Shown here piece by piece: positions 48,601 through 58,228 of a stretch of 64,000 bases of DNA. Source of the stretch: an uncultured Poribacteria bacterium. Lineage in GTDB: Bacteria > Poribacteria > WGA-4E > WGA-3G. The translations under genes and the position numbers were made by a program. Where the stretch lies: NCBI GenBank assembly GCA_958296135.2, contig CATQHZ020000001.1, positions 1,440,001 to 1,504,000 on the forward strand, in the 5' to 3' direction. Each line of letters starts with the position of its first letter. The first letter of the stretch is position 1. The notes beneath the pieces were generated by a model, which saw only the letters and a list, made by a program, of their open reading frames with translations, made no database searches and was not told where the DNA came from.

Positions 48601-48828
48601 TTCGTCAAGCATCGCGCCATCGAGACGGAGAGGGTTTCTGCCGGGGATGCGGAGCGTGTATTCGCAGATAAGCGTCCAGTCGCGTTGTCGCGCGCATGTG
48701 TCCAAAAGTGCTTGAAAGGCGGCGCGGACGGCAGTTTCGTGGGTTACGCCGTGTTGTTGATACCTGTCGAGGGCGGCGTAATAGGCGGTTATGGATTTGT
48801 GGTTTGGTTTTATGTTAAGTGTTGGCAT
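45616..48828 (-). CDS. Type ISP/IIG-like restriction-modification enzyme (N6-adenine methylase + LlaBIII-like specificity domain, no helicase)
   Basis: 'RLDG...WEAK' nuclease-like N-terminus, 'HGIVYTPQPIVDFM', 'DAFVGTGNF', 'IGNPPY', 'TARDAW', 'DLKRDLPHLP', 'SALEWVVNQY'. Confidence 0.88.
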   Translation of the reverse strand: MPTLNIKPNHKSITAYYAALDRYQQHGVTHETAVRAAFQALLDTCARQRDWTLICEYTLRIPGRNPLRLDGAMLDEHSLPRGTWEAKGVKGNLRAEIEKKFNAGYPQDNILFQTPERAILYQNGHLVLDENITEPSTLVSVLEAFFSYERENAAEWEAAVAEFKVRVPELGREAQELIKKQHRTNTQFQTAFADFHQLCQAAINPNLSKAAVEEMLIQHLLTERTFRTVFNTPDFTRRNVIAREIEKVIDALASKAFSRGVFLQKLDRFYRAIEREAATLVDFAQKQHFLNTVYEQFFQGFSIKKADTHGIVYTPQPIVDFMVKSVEQLLKTEFGRSLADEGVHIIDAFVGTGNFIVRLMREIPKTKLEAKYRSEIWCNEVLLLPYYIASLNIEHEFYDTTTEYLPFKGISLVDTFDLAEDRQISLLTIENTERVEKQKAAPMFIVIGNPPYNVGQKNENDNNKNQKYPALNKRVQETYSQASAASTKKALGDAYVKAIRWAADRIGEEGIIALVTNRSFLDSTSFDGMRKHLAEEFDALWLLDLGGNARKDKLASNANVFSIQVGVSINLFVKNPCRRDLPAPTSSRRDLPVSISSRRDLSAPTTSSRRGLPVSTTSDRKTLPAPTARIFYYRTDDTWNKSKKFEFLAQTEHVGNIEWQTLQPDKRHTWLTEGLQADFDTFIPIGSQTAKKSKGEVSGAIFHQYGIGCQTARDAWLYNFNRTTLTEKVKCTIDTYNMEMLRWQGTPEVSRAHVDDFVVDDNAKIKWSSGLKQKLVSGQRAEFSPSKIRRALFRPFTKTNLFFDNVLTHRKSIFPITFPNPETEGENRVICVPGPGGRAPFWCCVTNVIPNTALITLDANQCFPFYIYDEDGTNRRENITDWALENFRAHYGDDTLTKWDIFNYTYGILHHPDYRERYTADLKRDLPHLPYAEDFRAFADAGAQLAELHVHYETQPQYPLTFVENATKQLDFRVKRMKLSKDKTQLIYNQFLTLEGIPQEALAYRLGQYSALEWVVNQYRVKSDPRSGIVNDPSDAEKPRYIVNLIGSVITVSLETLKIIEALPDKFRGP
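46948..47100. repeat. Five tandem family-E REP-like units (30-33 bp period) in-frame inside the methylase
   Basis: Units '(g/a)tcg(g/a)g(g/a)c(t/c)gggagg..tcctac'; peptide RRDLPAPTSS/RRDLPVSISS/RRDLSAPTTSS/RRGLPVSTTSD/RKTLPAPT. Confidence 0.92.
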
Positions 48829-48890
48829 GCTGTTAGTATACCTTAAGTTTACAATACGTTGCAAGTTAAAATTTTTGTGCTGAAAAGGTT

Positions 48891-48919
48891 TTGACATTTG
48901 CCGCGAGTTATGCTATAAT
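48891..48919 (+). promoter_or_regulatory. Consensus extended -10 sigma70 promoter for the PIN gene, divergent from the methylase promoter
   Basis: TTGACA, 17 nt, TATAAT preceded by TGn. Confidence 0.82.
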
Positions 48920-49006
48920 TTCTATGAGGAACAACGGACTGGAAGTTTGCAATACATTCCATCAGGCATTTCGGAATTTAGCCCGATTTGAAAAAAAAGG
49001 AATTTT

Positions 49007-49735
49007 ATGTTAACCTATACTGTGGCAAACCTGCTTATCTATCTTGATACGACGGTTGTTAGTTATTTCGCGGCGGACCTCAGCGATAACCCGCAAGTAG
49101 CCTTGTGGCAACGGGAGAGCCGCCGTTTTTGGAACGACTATCAAGACAGATTTGATTTTGTGGTTTCTGACACGGTGATTACTGAAGCGGGCCGCGGCAA
49201 CGTAGCGAAAGCGCAACGTCGACTTGATGCGCTGGCCCATCTCCGCATCTTACCTATGACTTCGTCGGCTCGTGTGCTCGCTCAGAACCTGATCGCCGCA
49301 CGCGCAATGCCAGAAAACTTGCATGCGGACGCGGAACATATCGCTATTGCCACCGTCCATGGTGTTGCATACCTCGTGTCGTGGAACCACAAACATCTCG
49401 TGAATGAAAACCAGTTGCGGCAGATTAACCGCGTCGTTGCGGCAGCAGGCTTTCGTCCTGTTACCATCTGCACGCCGACAACCTTCATGGAGGAATTTAT
49501 TATGAAAGAACCAGTTGGAAAGTGTTATCTCCCCGGCTTCGATCCGGAGACTTACACGGACCCGATTCTTGAAGAATGCTATGAGATAAAACGCGAGCTC
49601 AACGCTGAGTTCAAAAGCCTTGACGAGTTCCACGACTATTTGGTAGCGCATGAGATAGAACAGCGGAAGAAGGGCCGGAAATATCTCCCGGTTCCGCCGA
49701 ACTTGGCTCGGTATCCGCACCAAGAGGATGACTAA
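49007..49735 (+). CDS. PIN-domain toxin fused to a C-terminal antitoxin-like module
   Basis: 'IYLDTTVVSY', 'DAEHIAIAT', 'LVSWNHKHL', 'ICTP', then 'DPILEECYEIKRELNAEF'. Confidence 0.8.
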   Translation: MLTYTVANLLIYLDTTVVSYFAADLSDNPQVALWQRESRRFWNDYQDRFDFVVSDTVITEAGRGNVAKAQRRLDALAHLRILPMTSSARVLAQNLIAARAMPENLHADAEHIAIATVHGVAYLVSWNHKHLVNENQLRQINRVVAAAGFRPVTICTPTTFMEEFIMKEPVGKCYLPGFDPETYTDPILEECYEIKRELNAEFKSLDEFHDYLVAHEIEQRKKGRKYLPVPPNLARYPHQEDD

Positions 49736-49755
49736 TCCTGCAAACGGAGGGAAGC

Positions 49756-52641
49756 GTGAAACGATTGCTGCTATTTCTGCTGATGCTGTGCATCGGTGTC
49801 TATTCGTCTGCATCTTTCTCACAGACACGTTCGGTTCAAACCGCGCAGGCCCGCGAGCCGGCTCGGCTTACCGGCAAGGTAATCTGGCCGGGCCACGATG
49901 TGTCCCATGCAAGCGTGTCTGTCTATCGGGATGAAGGGCTCACGCAACCTTACCTCAGTGGTATCCCGCAGCGTAGCGATGGGTATTTCTCTCTCAGTGT
50001 AGAAGCTGGGCGGTATTACCTCGTCGCGTATGTGGATGTGGACAAGTCCGGTCGTTTCGGTGCTGGCGATGGGTTCGGCATCTTCGGTGTCACGCAGTGG
50101 ACAGACACCTCACAAAACTACCAGGTAGTTGAGGTGCGTGAAGGACAAAGGGTTCAGGGACTTAACATCCCGATAACTGCCCGTGCCCAACTGGAAGATG
50201 GCGCGGTTAAAATTGTGCCTGTGTCGCAATATCGGCCCAGCGAAGACCAGGAGTTTCAAACGGCATTAAGCAAAGCGACAAGTGGCTGCCGTGGTAGGCT
50301 CATATTGGGAGATGCCTCCGATTCGGCGATTGATTTGTCGGGGCGTCGCGCCTTAATTCTCGCCTATACCGATTTATCGTGGAAATATCGCGCGGGCATC
50401 GCGCCGGTAGCCTCTTCCGGTGATTGGGCACTCAACTTGGCCCCTGGGAAGTATTACCTCATGGCGATTCTGGATAACAACGGTACGAATAGCCTGGATG
50501 CCGGTGACAATTTCGGGTTCTACGGGGTTGAAAATATGCGGGGACGCGGCGCGATTCCGCAGCCTGTGCTGGTTTCGGCCAACAAGTTCACCGAGAATCT
50601 GGCGATAGCCATTACCGCTACGTATGATGCTGTCCGCAAGAACGAGCGGTATCAGGCGATGCTTGCAGCGGGTGTGCCCATAACCGTCACCGGCACGGTA
50701 TCGCCGTCGCAATCGGCACCGGTGCGTATTCACGCCTATGCCGACACGGCCTTCGTTACACCGCTTGCTAGTGCCGAGACTGATGAGAGTGGGACGTTTC
50801 GCTTCAAACTGCCGCCCGGTGACTACTACCTCATCGCTACGCTGGATGCCGATGAAAATGGCAGATACAGCGAGGGCGACGGATTGGGTGGCTACGGGAC
50901 GATGGACATCACGGCGCAACGGCCTACGGCGTTAGTGCTGTCGGAAGGCGAATCCGAGCGCGCCGTGGACATCCTCATCAGCGCGCGCTACGATGCGAAG
51001 GGGCAGCTCCACGCCGAGCTGCCGGGCATTGAGACAGATATTGAACAGGGCGGCATTGCCGGCCGAATCACGTTTGATGGAAAGCCGCCTGTCTCCGGGC
51101 GCGCTTCCAGAGCGCGCCTACTTAAAAATGCAGAAGTGCAAGATGTGACAACGTCACTTCGGACAGAGGTTCAAGGTGTCCTAAGCCTTGCCTATACCCC
51201 GGATTTCCAGTCGCCGGTTCCGATGCCTATCATGCTGACGGACGCTGGAACGTATCATGTCAACGTGCTACCTGGGCGTTACTACGTGATGGCTGTTATC
51301 GACAGGAACGGCGATGGGAACATCGGCATCGCGGATGGCGTTGGGCTTTACGGCACCCGCTTCCCTGTGCGCGGTGAGCCTACGCCGGTCATCGTCTATC
51401 CTGGCCGCACGACATCACACATTGATATTGAGATGTTCGCAACCTACATTGACGAAAAGGGCACGATGGCAGAAATTGAGGATGGCGGCCGTTGGGAGAT
51501 GCGGAGACGTTACGGACAACCGGAGGATGTTTTCAGATTCACTCGCAATGGGCAGCAATACGAGGAGTGGAAATATTGGGCGCGGGGCATCGGATTCCTA
51601 TGGCAGGCGGATGGCACAGGCTGGGATTTCGTTGGGGGTGAAGAGTTTAAGCCGAAAAAAGCGGCACTTGCTGACGAGGGCGAGGGGCTGCATGGCGATG
51701 TGGCAAGCAATCCGACAGAACCGATGCGCAGCGGCGAGGGGATAGCAGTTTCAGGCTTTCCATTGGCAGAACGGCACCTCATCTATTTTGCGTATGACAA
51801 CGTCGTCTGGCACCTTTCCGCCGTTGCTGGGTTGGTGGCGTTAGGTGCCGGCACTCACCCCACGGTTGCCAGCGATGGTGCCCTGCTCTATCAGGCTCCA
51901 GAGGGCTCTATTGTCTTCCACGATAACGCCGCGCCGAAAGGGCGCGTGGTGCTGCACGCGCGGGCGATGGCACGCGATGCCGCCCTCTCGCCGGATGCGA
52001 ACTATATCGCCTACATCCGCACCGAGTTTGGGAATCGCAGCCGCGTCGTCATTCGGCACATTCGGAGTCAGGAGGAGTTTATTGTCCCTTCCACGGCGCA
52101 GCACAGTTTCACGCCCGCGTGGAATGCGGATGGAACACTGCTCGCCTACGTCACAGAAGAAACGGTTGAAAGTTCACCAGAAATGCGAGACTTGACAACG
52201 CCAAGTCTGCCTGCTAAGACAGAGCGACATCCCCCGGTAGCAGCCAGACAACCGCTAGGAAATACAGCCAATATTTACGCCTTCGACCGGGTGAGAAACA
52301 GCGTTGAGCCGATTGTCGTCTCCCCACATGCCGATACGGAACCCACCTGGTCTTCATCAAATCCGAATCAGCTCGCCTTCACCCGAACTGCAGGGGCAGA
52401 TGGGATGCCACAGATTTGGCTCGTCACCTATTCTGGTACCGGTGTGCCGACAGAACAACAGTTGACGCAGCGCGGCGGTGGCCATCCGGTGTGGATGTCC
52501 CCCGAGGGCCGCTGGATTTTGTATGAAAACAACGGACAGCTCTGGACAATTGATACGCTGAGCCCCGAAACTAGCGAGATGCCGCTGCTGCATAACGGAC
52601 AGGTGGTATTCGGGCATCAGCCGGCTGTTGTTAGCCGTTAA
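49756..52641 (+). CDS. Large secreted protein with four repeated DxDxxG-containing beta-sandwich modules and a C-terminal TolB/PD40 propeller
   Basis: Signal peptide; 4x 'GxYYLxAxxDxDxxGxxxxGDxxGxYG'; 'LSPDANYIAY', 'PAWNADGTLLAY'. Confidence 0.75.
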   Translation: MKRLLLFLLMLCIGVYSSASFSQTRSVQTAQAREPARLTGKVIWPGHDVSHASVSVYRDEGLTQPYLSGIPQRSDGYFSLSVEAGRYYLVAYVDVDKSGRFGAGDGFGIFGVTQWTDTSQNYQVVEVREGQRVQGLNIPITARAQLEDGAVKIVPVSQYRPSEDQEFQTALSKATSGCRGRLILGDASDSAIDLSGRRALILAYTDLSWKYRAGIAPVASSGDWALNLAPGKYYLMAILDNNGTNSLDAGDNFGFYGVENMRGRGAIPQPVLVSANKFTENLAIAITATYDAVRKNERYQAMLAAGVPITVTGTVSPSQSAPVRIHAYADTAFVTPLASAETDESGTFRFKLPPGDYYLIATLDADENGRYSEGDGLGGYGTMDITAQRPTALVLSEGESERAVDILISARYDAKGQLHAELPGIETDIEQGGIAGRITFDGKPPVSGRASRARLLKNAEVQDVTTSLRTEVQGVLSLAYTPDFQSPVPMPIMLTDAGTYHVNVLPGRYYVMAVIDRNGDGNIGIADGVGLYGTRFPVRGEPTPVIVYPGRTTSHIDIEMFATYIDEKGTMAEIEDGGRWEMRRRYGQPEDVFRFTRNGQQYEEWKYWARGIGFLWQADGTGWDFVGGEEFKPKKAALADEGEGLHGDVASNPTEPMRSGEGIAVSGFPLAERHLIYFAYDNVVWHLSAVAGLVALGAGTHPTVASDGALLYQAPEGSIVFHDNAAPKGRVVLHARAMARDAALSPDANYIAYIRTEFGNRSRVVIRHIRSQEEFIVPSTAQHSFTPAWNADGTLLAYVTEETVESSPEMRDLTTPSLPAKTERHPPVAARQPLGNTANIYAFDRVRNSVEPIVVSPHADTEPTWSSSNPNQLAFTRTAGADGMPQIWLVTYSGTGVPTEQQLTQRGGGHPVWMSPEGRWILYENNGQLWTIDTLSPETSEMPLLHNGQVVFGHQPAVVSR

Positions 52642-52848
52642 TGTTCCGTAGGCGCGGTTTCAAATCGCGCCTATAAGGCAGCTTTGGCTAACGGGCGGAT
52701 ATGAACGACATCAGCCCTTACAGTCGGGGGCGATGGCCGCAGCGTTGCCGATGCAGGCCGCCCGGAAAAAATTGTCCGATTTCATACTGAAACTTCAGGC
52801 GAGCTGGTTTCCCGACAGAACGATAATGACGAATCTACGGAGAGAAAC

Positions 52849-54171
52849 ATGATTGCACCAAAGACGTTATTGAACGTATTGCGAACAGCAAAAATCTGCT
52901 TTTTGTTCGTCGTTGCGAACACTGCCGCGGCGCAGTGGCTCTTAGTGCCGATGGAGCAAGGCGCGCAAACCAACCATCTCAAGGCGTACGGCCTCACTTA
53001 TTGGGCATTAGAAGCACCGCGTGAATACCGATGCTATTGGTGGCTGAACTACCGTGGCGGCGCGTTTATTCTCCCGGATGTGCCAGACGTGCGCGTGCGC
53101 GCAGCATTCATGGGCGTGCGTTTTGAACCGATGAGCCTTGCCGAATACAACACTATTAAGGATACGGTTCTCCAGAGCAACAACATGGACGAGATTCTGT
53201 TGGAGAAAGCACCGAAGATTGCTGTCTACGCGCCATCGGAGAAATCGCCGTATCGCGACCCGTGGGACGATGCCGTTAAGATCGCGCTGGATTACGCGCA
53301 AATCCCCTACGACGAAATCTGGGACAAAGAGGTGCAGAGCGGTGTCCTCCAAACGCAAGGCTATGACTGGCTGCATCTCCATCACGAGGACTTCACCGGC
53401 CAGCACGGCAAATTCCACGCCGCCTTCTCCACGCAAGTCTGGTATCAGCAGCGCATGTTAATGTTTGAAAAGGCCGCCGCCGAGGCGGGTTTTCGGCGCG
53501 TTGCACGCCACAAGGGACAGACAGCGCAGATGATTGCAGACTACATCGCCAACGGCGGATTTATCTTCGCTATGTGCTCTGCGCCAGAGACGTTGGACAT
53601 CGCGCTCGCAACTGGCGGTGGTGCAGTGGACATCGTTGCGCCTGAATTGGATGGCACGCCAGTAGATGCGAACGGGCAGGCGAGATTGGACTTTCAGCGC
53701 ACACTCGCGTTTGAGAATTTCACACTCTACACCAATCCGTTCCGCTATGAATTTTCGGATATAGACAACCCGCGCCCGGACATGGATGCACAGAGCGGCG
53801 TTGAGGATTTTACGCTGTTTGAATTTGCTGCTAAGCACGATCCGATTCCGACGATGCTCACGCAAAACCATGTCAGCATCGTCCCTGGTTACCTTGGGCA
53901 GACGACATCGTTTAACATGGGGACTATCCGCGGTTCTATTACGATTTTAGGGCAGGTGGAAGGCACCAACTATGCGAAGTATATCCACGGCAAACTTGGC
54001 AAAGGCACTTTCACGTTCCTTGGTGGGCACGATCCGGAGGATTACCGTCACCTCGTTGGCGAGGGGAAAATTCCGACGAATTTGGATTTGCATAAACATT
54101 CGCCGGGGTATCGGTTGATATTGAATAATATCCTGTTTCCGGCCGCGCGTAAGAAGCCGCAGAAGACATGA
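52849..54171 (+). CDS. Conserved secreted hypothetical protein (family often auto-labelled 'asparagine synthetase B'; no AsnB motifs seen)
   Basis: 'LVPMEQGAQTNHLKAYG', 'WWLNYRGGAF', 'YDWLHLHHEDFTGQHGKF', 'FAMCSA', 'GGHDPEDY', 'SPGYRLILNNILFP'. Confidence 0.7.
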   Translation: MIAPKTLLNVLRTAKICFLFVVANTAAAQWLLVPMEQGAQTNHLKAYGLTYWALEAPREYRCYWWLNYRGGAFILPDVPDVRVRAAFMGVRFEPMSLAEYNTIKDTVLQSNNMDEILLEKAPKIAVYAPSEKSPYRDPWDDAVKIALDYAQIPYDEIWDKEVQSGVLQTQGYDWLHLHHEDFTGQHGKFHAAFSTQVWYQQRMLMFEKAAAEAGFRRVARHKGQTAQMIADYIANGGFIFAMCSAPETLDIALATGGGAVDIVAPELDGTPVDANGQARLDFQRTLAFENFTLYTNPFRYEFSDIDNPRPDMDAQSGVEDFTLFEFAAKHDPIPTMLTQNHVSIVPGYLGQTTSFNMGTIRGSITILGQVEGTNYAKYIHGKLGKGTFTFLGGHDPEDYRHLVGEGKIPTNLDLHKHSPGYRLILNNILFPAARKKPQKT

Positions 54172-54312
54172 CGTTTGCGAAGGTTTGTCCTACGGGCTGT
54201 GGGGTTGTCCCATTTCTGTATTTGAGCTCGCCTGAGTTCAAACAGGGCTGGCTCGTTATTGATTTTCACGGTGGTTTCCATCAAAACGGAATGCCTCTGG
54301 GGGATAAAACGG

Positions 54313-56460
54313 ATGAGGACGATAGTGGCAACGTGCAATCTCAATCAGTGGAGTCTTGACTTTGAAGGCAACACGGCGCGCATTATTGAGTCAATAGAAA
54401 TAGCGAAAGCGCGCGGTGCTCGGTATCGGTTGGGGCCGGAATTGGAAATCACCGGCTATTCCTGCGAAGACCATTTTTTGGAGCAGGATACGCTGCGCCA
54501 TAGTTGGGAAGCCCTTGCTTGCATTCTTGCGGGCGGTTATACGGATGGCATCTTGTGCGATATCGGTATGCCGGTGATGCACAAAAATGTCCGGTATAAC
54601 TGCCGTGTCTTCGTTTTAGATGGCGAGGTGTTGCTTATTCGTCCGAAACTGATCCTTGCAGGCGATGGCAATTATCGCGAGCCGCGCTGGTTTGCCGCGT
54701 GGCAGCACGGTTGGACAACCGAGCCCTATCCGCTTCCCGGCGAGATTGCGGAGATTACCGTGCAAAGCACTGTGCCTATCGGCATCGCCGCTATCGCGTT
54801 AGGCGATACCCTCTTGGCATCGGAGACGTGCGAGGAGTTGTTTGCCCCGCTGAGCCCGCACATCGCCTTTGGCAACGCCGGCGTAGAAATCATCGGCAAT
54901 GGCTCAGGTTCACACCATGAGTTACGCAAATTGGATACCCGTATCGCGCTTATCCGGAACGCAACGGCGAAGAATGGCGGCGTTTACCTCTATGCGAATC
55001 AGCAGGGTTGCGATGGGGGCCGTCTCTATTTTGATGGTTGCGCGCTCATTGCGCAAAACGGCGAAATCCTCGCGCAAGGTTCACAATTCTCGCTTGCGGA
55101 TGTAGAAGTCGTCACGGCGGCGGTGAACTTACACGATGTCCGTTCTTATCGTGGGGCCAAGGCGAGTCGCGCCGTGCAGGCGAGCCAAACGGGGCAGCTG
55201 CCGCAGATTGATGTCGATTTTAAGTTCGCTGAGGTTCGTGGCACGGCGAGGGCCAGGCCCTCGCCCTACGGGAATGAGGAAGTTTGGGGCACGGCGAGGG
55301 CCAGGTCTTTGCCTTACGGGAATAAGGAGGTGCCGCGCTATCACACGCCGGAAGAAGAAATTGCCCTCGGTCCAGCCTGTTGGCTGTGGGATTACCTGCG
55401 CCGTTCGGGTGCAGAAGGTTACTTCATTCCGCTTTCCGGCGGTGCGGATAGCGGTGCAGTTGCGACGCTCGTCGGTTCAATGTGTCAACTCGTCGCGAAA
55501 GCCGTTCGCGAGCGAGAGGCGACGGTTATCGCTGACGTAGAACGGTGGCTGCGAGATAATGAAACGCCTGACGTTTTCGCGGACCCGAGTGTGCTAGCCA
55601 ATCGGCTGCTCTATACTTGCTACCTCGGCACAGAGAACAGTTCCCGCGACACACAGAAGCGCGCCAAACAACTTGCTGAGCAGATAGGTGCGTATCATTT
55701 GGATATCAACATGGACGCGCTCGTTGGTGCCTTGAAAACGCTCTTTACGCGCATCACCCGAAAGACACCGCGTTTCAAAGTGGAGGGTGGGACGCACACG
55801 GAGAATCAGGCACTCCAAAATATCCAGGCGCGTTTGCGGATGGTGCTCAGTTATTTGTTCGCGCAAATGCTGCCATGGGTGCGCAATCGGCGGGGGACGT
55901 TGCTTGTCTTAGGCACCGGTAACGTTGACGAGGCCCTGCGCGGCTACCTCACCAAATACGATTGCAGCAGCGGCGACATCAACCCTATCGGTGGGATTAG
56001 CAAGCGCGACCTGCGCCGATTTTTGGGATGGGCGCAGTGCCACCTCGGTTATACCGCGCTTGGCGAGATTGTGGCGGCACCGCCAACCGCCGAGTTGGAA
56101 CCTATCACCGAGAACTATACGCAGACAGACGAGGAAGATATGGGGATGTCCTATGCCGAATTGAGCCGATTCGGGCAGCTCCGAAAAATGGAGCGGTGTG
56201 GGCCTGTCAGTATGTTTGAAAAATTAGTCGAGGAGTGGGATACCTTGCAGCCGCGCGCGGTCGCGGAGAAGGTGAAGCACTTTTTTACCTATTATGCCAT
56301 CAATCGGCACAAAATGACGACGTTAACGCCATCTTACCATGCCGAGTCCTATTCGCCGGACGATAATCGGTTCGATCTTCGGCAGTTCCTCTATCAGACG
56401 CGCTGGACGTGGCAGTTCCGCCGTATTGACGCGCTCGTGAAGAAATTGGAGGGGCCGTAG
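54313..56460 (+). CDS. nadE: Glutamine-dependent NAD+ synthetase, eukaryote-like type
   Basis: Nitrilase domain 'GPELEITGY', 'RPKL', 'ETCEEL'; synthetase 'PLSGGADS', 'QNIQARLRM', '[17 protein letters not shown]', 'PPTAEL'. Confidence 0.93.
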   Translation: MRTIVATCNLNQWSLDFEGNTARIIESIEIAKARGARYRLGPELEITGYSCEDHFLEQDTLRHSWEALACILAGGYTDGILCDIGMPVMHKNVRYNCRVFVLDGEVLLIRPKLILAGDGNYREPRWFAAWQHGWTTEPYPLPGEIAEITVQSTVPIGIAAIALGDTLLASETCEELFAPLSPHIAFGNAGVEIIGNGSGSHHELRKLDTRIALIRNATAKNGGVYLYANQQGCDGGRLYFDGCALIAQNGEILAQGSQFSLADVEVVTAAVNLHDVRSYRGAKASRAVQASQTGQLPQIDVDFKFAEVRGTARARPSPYGNEEVWGTARARSLPYGNKEVPRYHTPEEEIALGPACWLWDYLRRSGAEGYFIPLSGGADSGAVATLVGSMCQLVAKAVREREATVIADVERWLRDNETPDVFADPSVLANRLLYTCYLGTENSSRDTQKRAKQLAEQIGAYHLDINMDALVGALKTLFTRITRKTPRFKVEGGTHTENQALQNIQARLRMVLSYLFAQMLPWVRNRRGTLLVLGTGNVDEALRGYLTKYDCSSGDINPIGGISKRDLRRFLGWAQCHLGYTALGEIVAAPPTAELEPITENYTQTDEEDMGMSYAELSRFGQLRKMERCGPVSMFEKLVEEWDTLQPRAVAEKVKHFFTYYAINRHKMTTLTPSYHAESYSPDDNRFDLRQFLYQTRWTWQFRRIDALVKKLEGP
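55231..55326. repeat. Two tandem 48-bp units, each containing a family-A REP-like palindrome, in-frame in the nadE linker
   Basis: 'ggcacggcgagggccaggccctcgccctacgggaat' and a variant; peptide [32 protein letters not shown]. Confidence 0.9.
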
Positions 56461-56531
56461 TGTCGCGTAGTTCCCATTACCGTAGGGCGAGGCGTAGGGC
56501 GAAGGGCTGTCCCTCGCCGTGCTTGTCACTT

Positions 56532-58115
56532 ATGGTTTCCATCGTTTCAGTTGCGTGCTTCTTCTGGCTGGCTTCAGCACACGCCGCGCCCAATCCGCCG
56601 CTGACTCTGGATGGCTGGGTAACCGAGGCCCTCGCCAAATTGGAGACAGATGGCATCACCGGCGGCTTCCATCGTCACACCGCGCCGCTCTCCCGCGCGG
56701 AGGTGGTAGAGATACTGCATCGAGCCGAAGCGCGCATTCAAGCAGGGGTGGTTGTGCCCTCGGAGATAGATAGAAAACTCTTAGTTAAGTTAAAACGCGA
56801 GTTTGATAAAGAACAGCAAGGCTGCCGCCCTGCACAGCACCAGTTATTCCCAACGAACGCATTGCGAACGACAAAAATTTTTCCGCAGTTGCGCGCCACA
56901 AGTGAGAAAATCGCGCCTGCGCTTGAAGGCGCGTTTTATTATCATCAGGGAAACTTGACGCTCTATACCGAATGTGAGGCGCACAATTTTGATGAACCTT
57001 ATCGCGCAGACAATTTTCTATATCCCCCTGTTGCGCAAGGCACATCTGCAGAACAACGTCTTGAACGGTGGCGCGGCGGATATACCGGGAACGTCAAAAG
57101 AGGATATGTGCAGCTGAACATCCCTCTGAACGTAGCGCGGGGGGCTGTCCCTCGCGGTCCCACACTTCATCTTGTTGCAGGCAGGGACTGGATTTTCTGG
57201 GGCGCGAGCCCGCATACGTCTGTGGGCATTTCAGATAACTCGCCACCGTTTGACCAGGTGCGGCTCACCGGCACGTTTGGGAAGTTCAAAGCCACCGCCT
57301 TCACGGCGCAGTTAGATGCAACGTGGAACGATGAGAATATCCGTTACTTGGCGAAACGCTATCTCAGTGGGCATCGGTTGGACTATCAACACAACGATAG
57401 ACTGGAAATCGGCATCGCGGAGTGGGTGCTTTACGGCGGCGATGCACAGACGCTGGATTTCAAATACGCGAATCCGGTCACTTTTTACTACGCCTTGCAA
57501 TACAATGCCAAGACAGACGATAACATCATGTTCGCTTTTGACGTATCCTTCCGTCCCGTTGATGGGTTGCGCCTCTACGGTGAATGGTTAGCTGACGATT
57601 TTCAGTATGTGCCCGGTGCGCAGGACCCGCACGCTGTCGCTTGGCTCTGTGGTGTAGAGTGGTATCCGCAAAAACTCGCGCGCCAACTCGGCATCCATAC
57701 CGAGTACGCCCGCGTCAACCGATGGGCCTATACGCACCTCGTCCCGGATAACCAGTTCACACACTTCGGCGACATGATCGGACATCCCATCGGCACCGAT
57801 GCAGATACACTCACGCTGCGCGGTTCCTATCAGTTCACTGTCTCTACGAAGGCAGAGTTTGCCGCGCGCGTTTCACGCAATGGAGAGGGCACCGTCGCCG
57901 GCCGGTTTTATGGCGAAGATTTCAACGCGTTGCCGTTTCCTACGGGTGTCGTTGAACGCATCACGGCGTTCGGCGGTACGGTGACATATCGGCCGCGCCG
58001 CGCATGGAATGCGCGACTCACTTACGCGTGGCAACACATTCACAATTATCAGCATACCGAGGGGAAAACGCAGCAAGCACACCGGGTATTTCTGCAACTC
58101 GGATATCTGTGGTAG
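56532..58115 (+). CDS. Capsule assembly Wzi-family outer membrane beta-barrel (start 56460 or 56532)
   Basis: 'PLSRAEV', 'AGRDWIFWG...ISDNSPPFDQ', 'LSGHRLD', 'IGHPIGTDAD'; aromatic C-terminus. Confidence 0.75.
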   Translation: MVSIVSVACFFWLASAHAAPNPPLTLDGWVTEALAKLETDGITGGFHRHTAPLSRAEVVEILHRAEARIQAGVVVPSEIDRKLLVKLKREFDKEQQGCRPAQHQLFPTNALRTTKIFPQLRATSEKIAPALEGAFYYHQGNLTLYTECEAHNFDEPYRADNFLYPPVAQGTSAEQRLERWRGGYTGNVKRGYVQLNIPLNVARGAVPRGPTLHLVAGRDWIFWGASPHTSVGISDNSPPFDQVRLTGTFGKFKATAFTAQLDATWNDENIRYLAKRYLSGHRLDYQHNDRLEIGIAEWVLYGGDAQTLDFKYANPVTFYYALQYNAKTDDNIMFAFDVSFRPVDGLRLYGEWLADDFQYVPGAQDPHAVAWLCGVEWYPQKLARQLGIHTEYARVNRWAYTHLVPDNQFTHFGDMIGHPIGTDADTLTLRGSYQFTVSTKAEFAARVSRNGEGTVAGRFYGEDFNALPFPTGVVERITAFGGTVTYRPRRAWNARLTYAWQHIHNYQHTEGKTQQAHRVFLQLGYLW

Positions 58116-58228
58116 TTGCCCCTGGTAGGCGCGGTTTGAAACCGTACCTACGGGCCCAGTACCGTTAGCACCAGAAACGTAGTCATCAACAACGAACGTC
58201 ATTGCACCAACAAACTTAATCGAACGCA

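Noticed and set aside
52849-54171. Asparagine synthetase B
   Set aside because: No N-terminal Cys Ntn domain or SGGLDS motif; it has a signal-peptide-like N-terminus.
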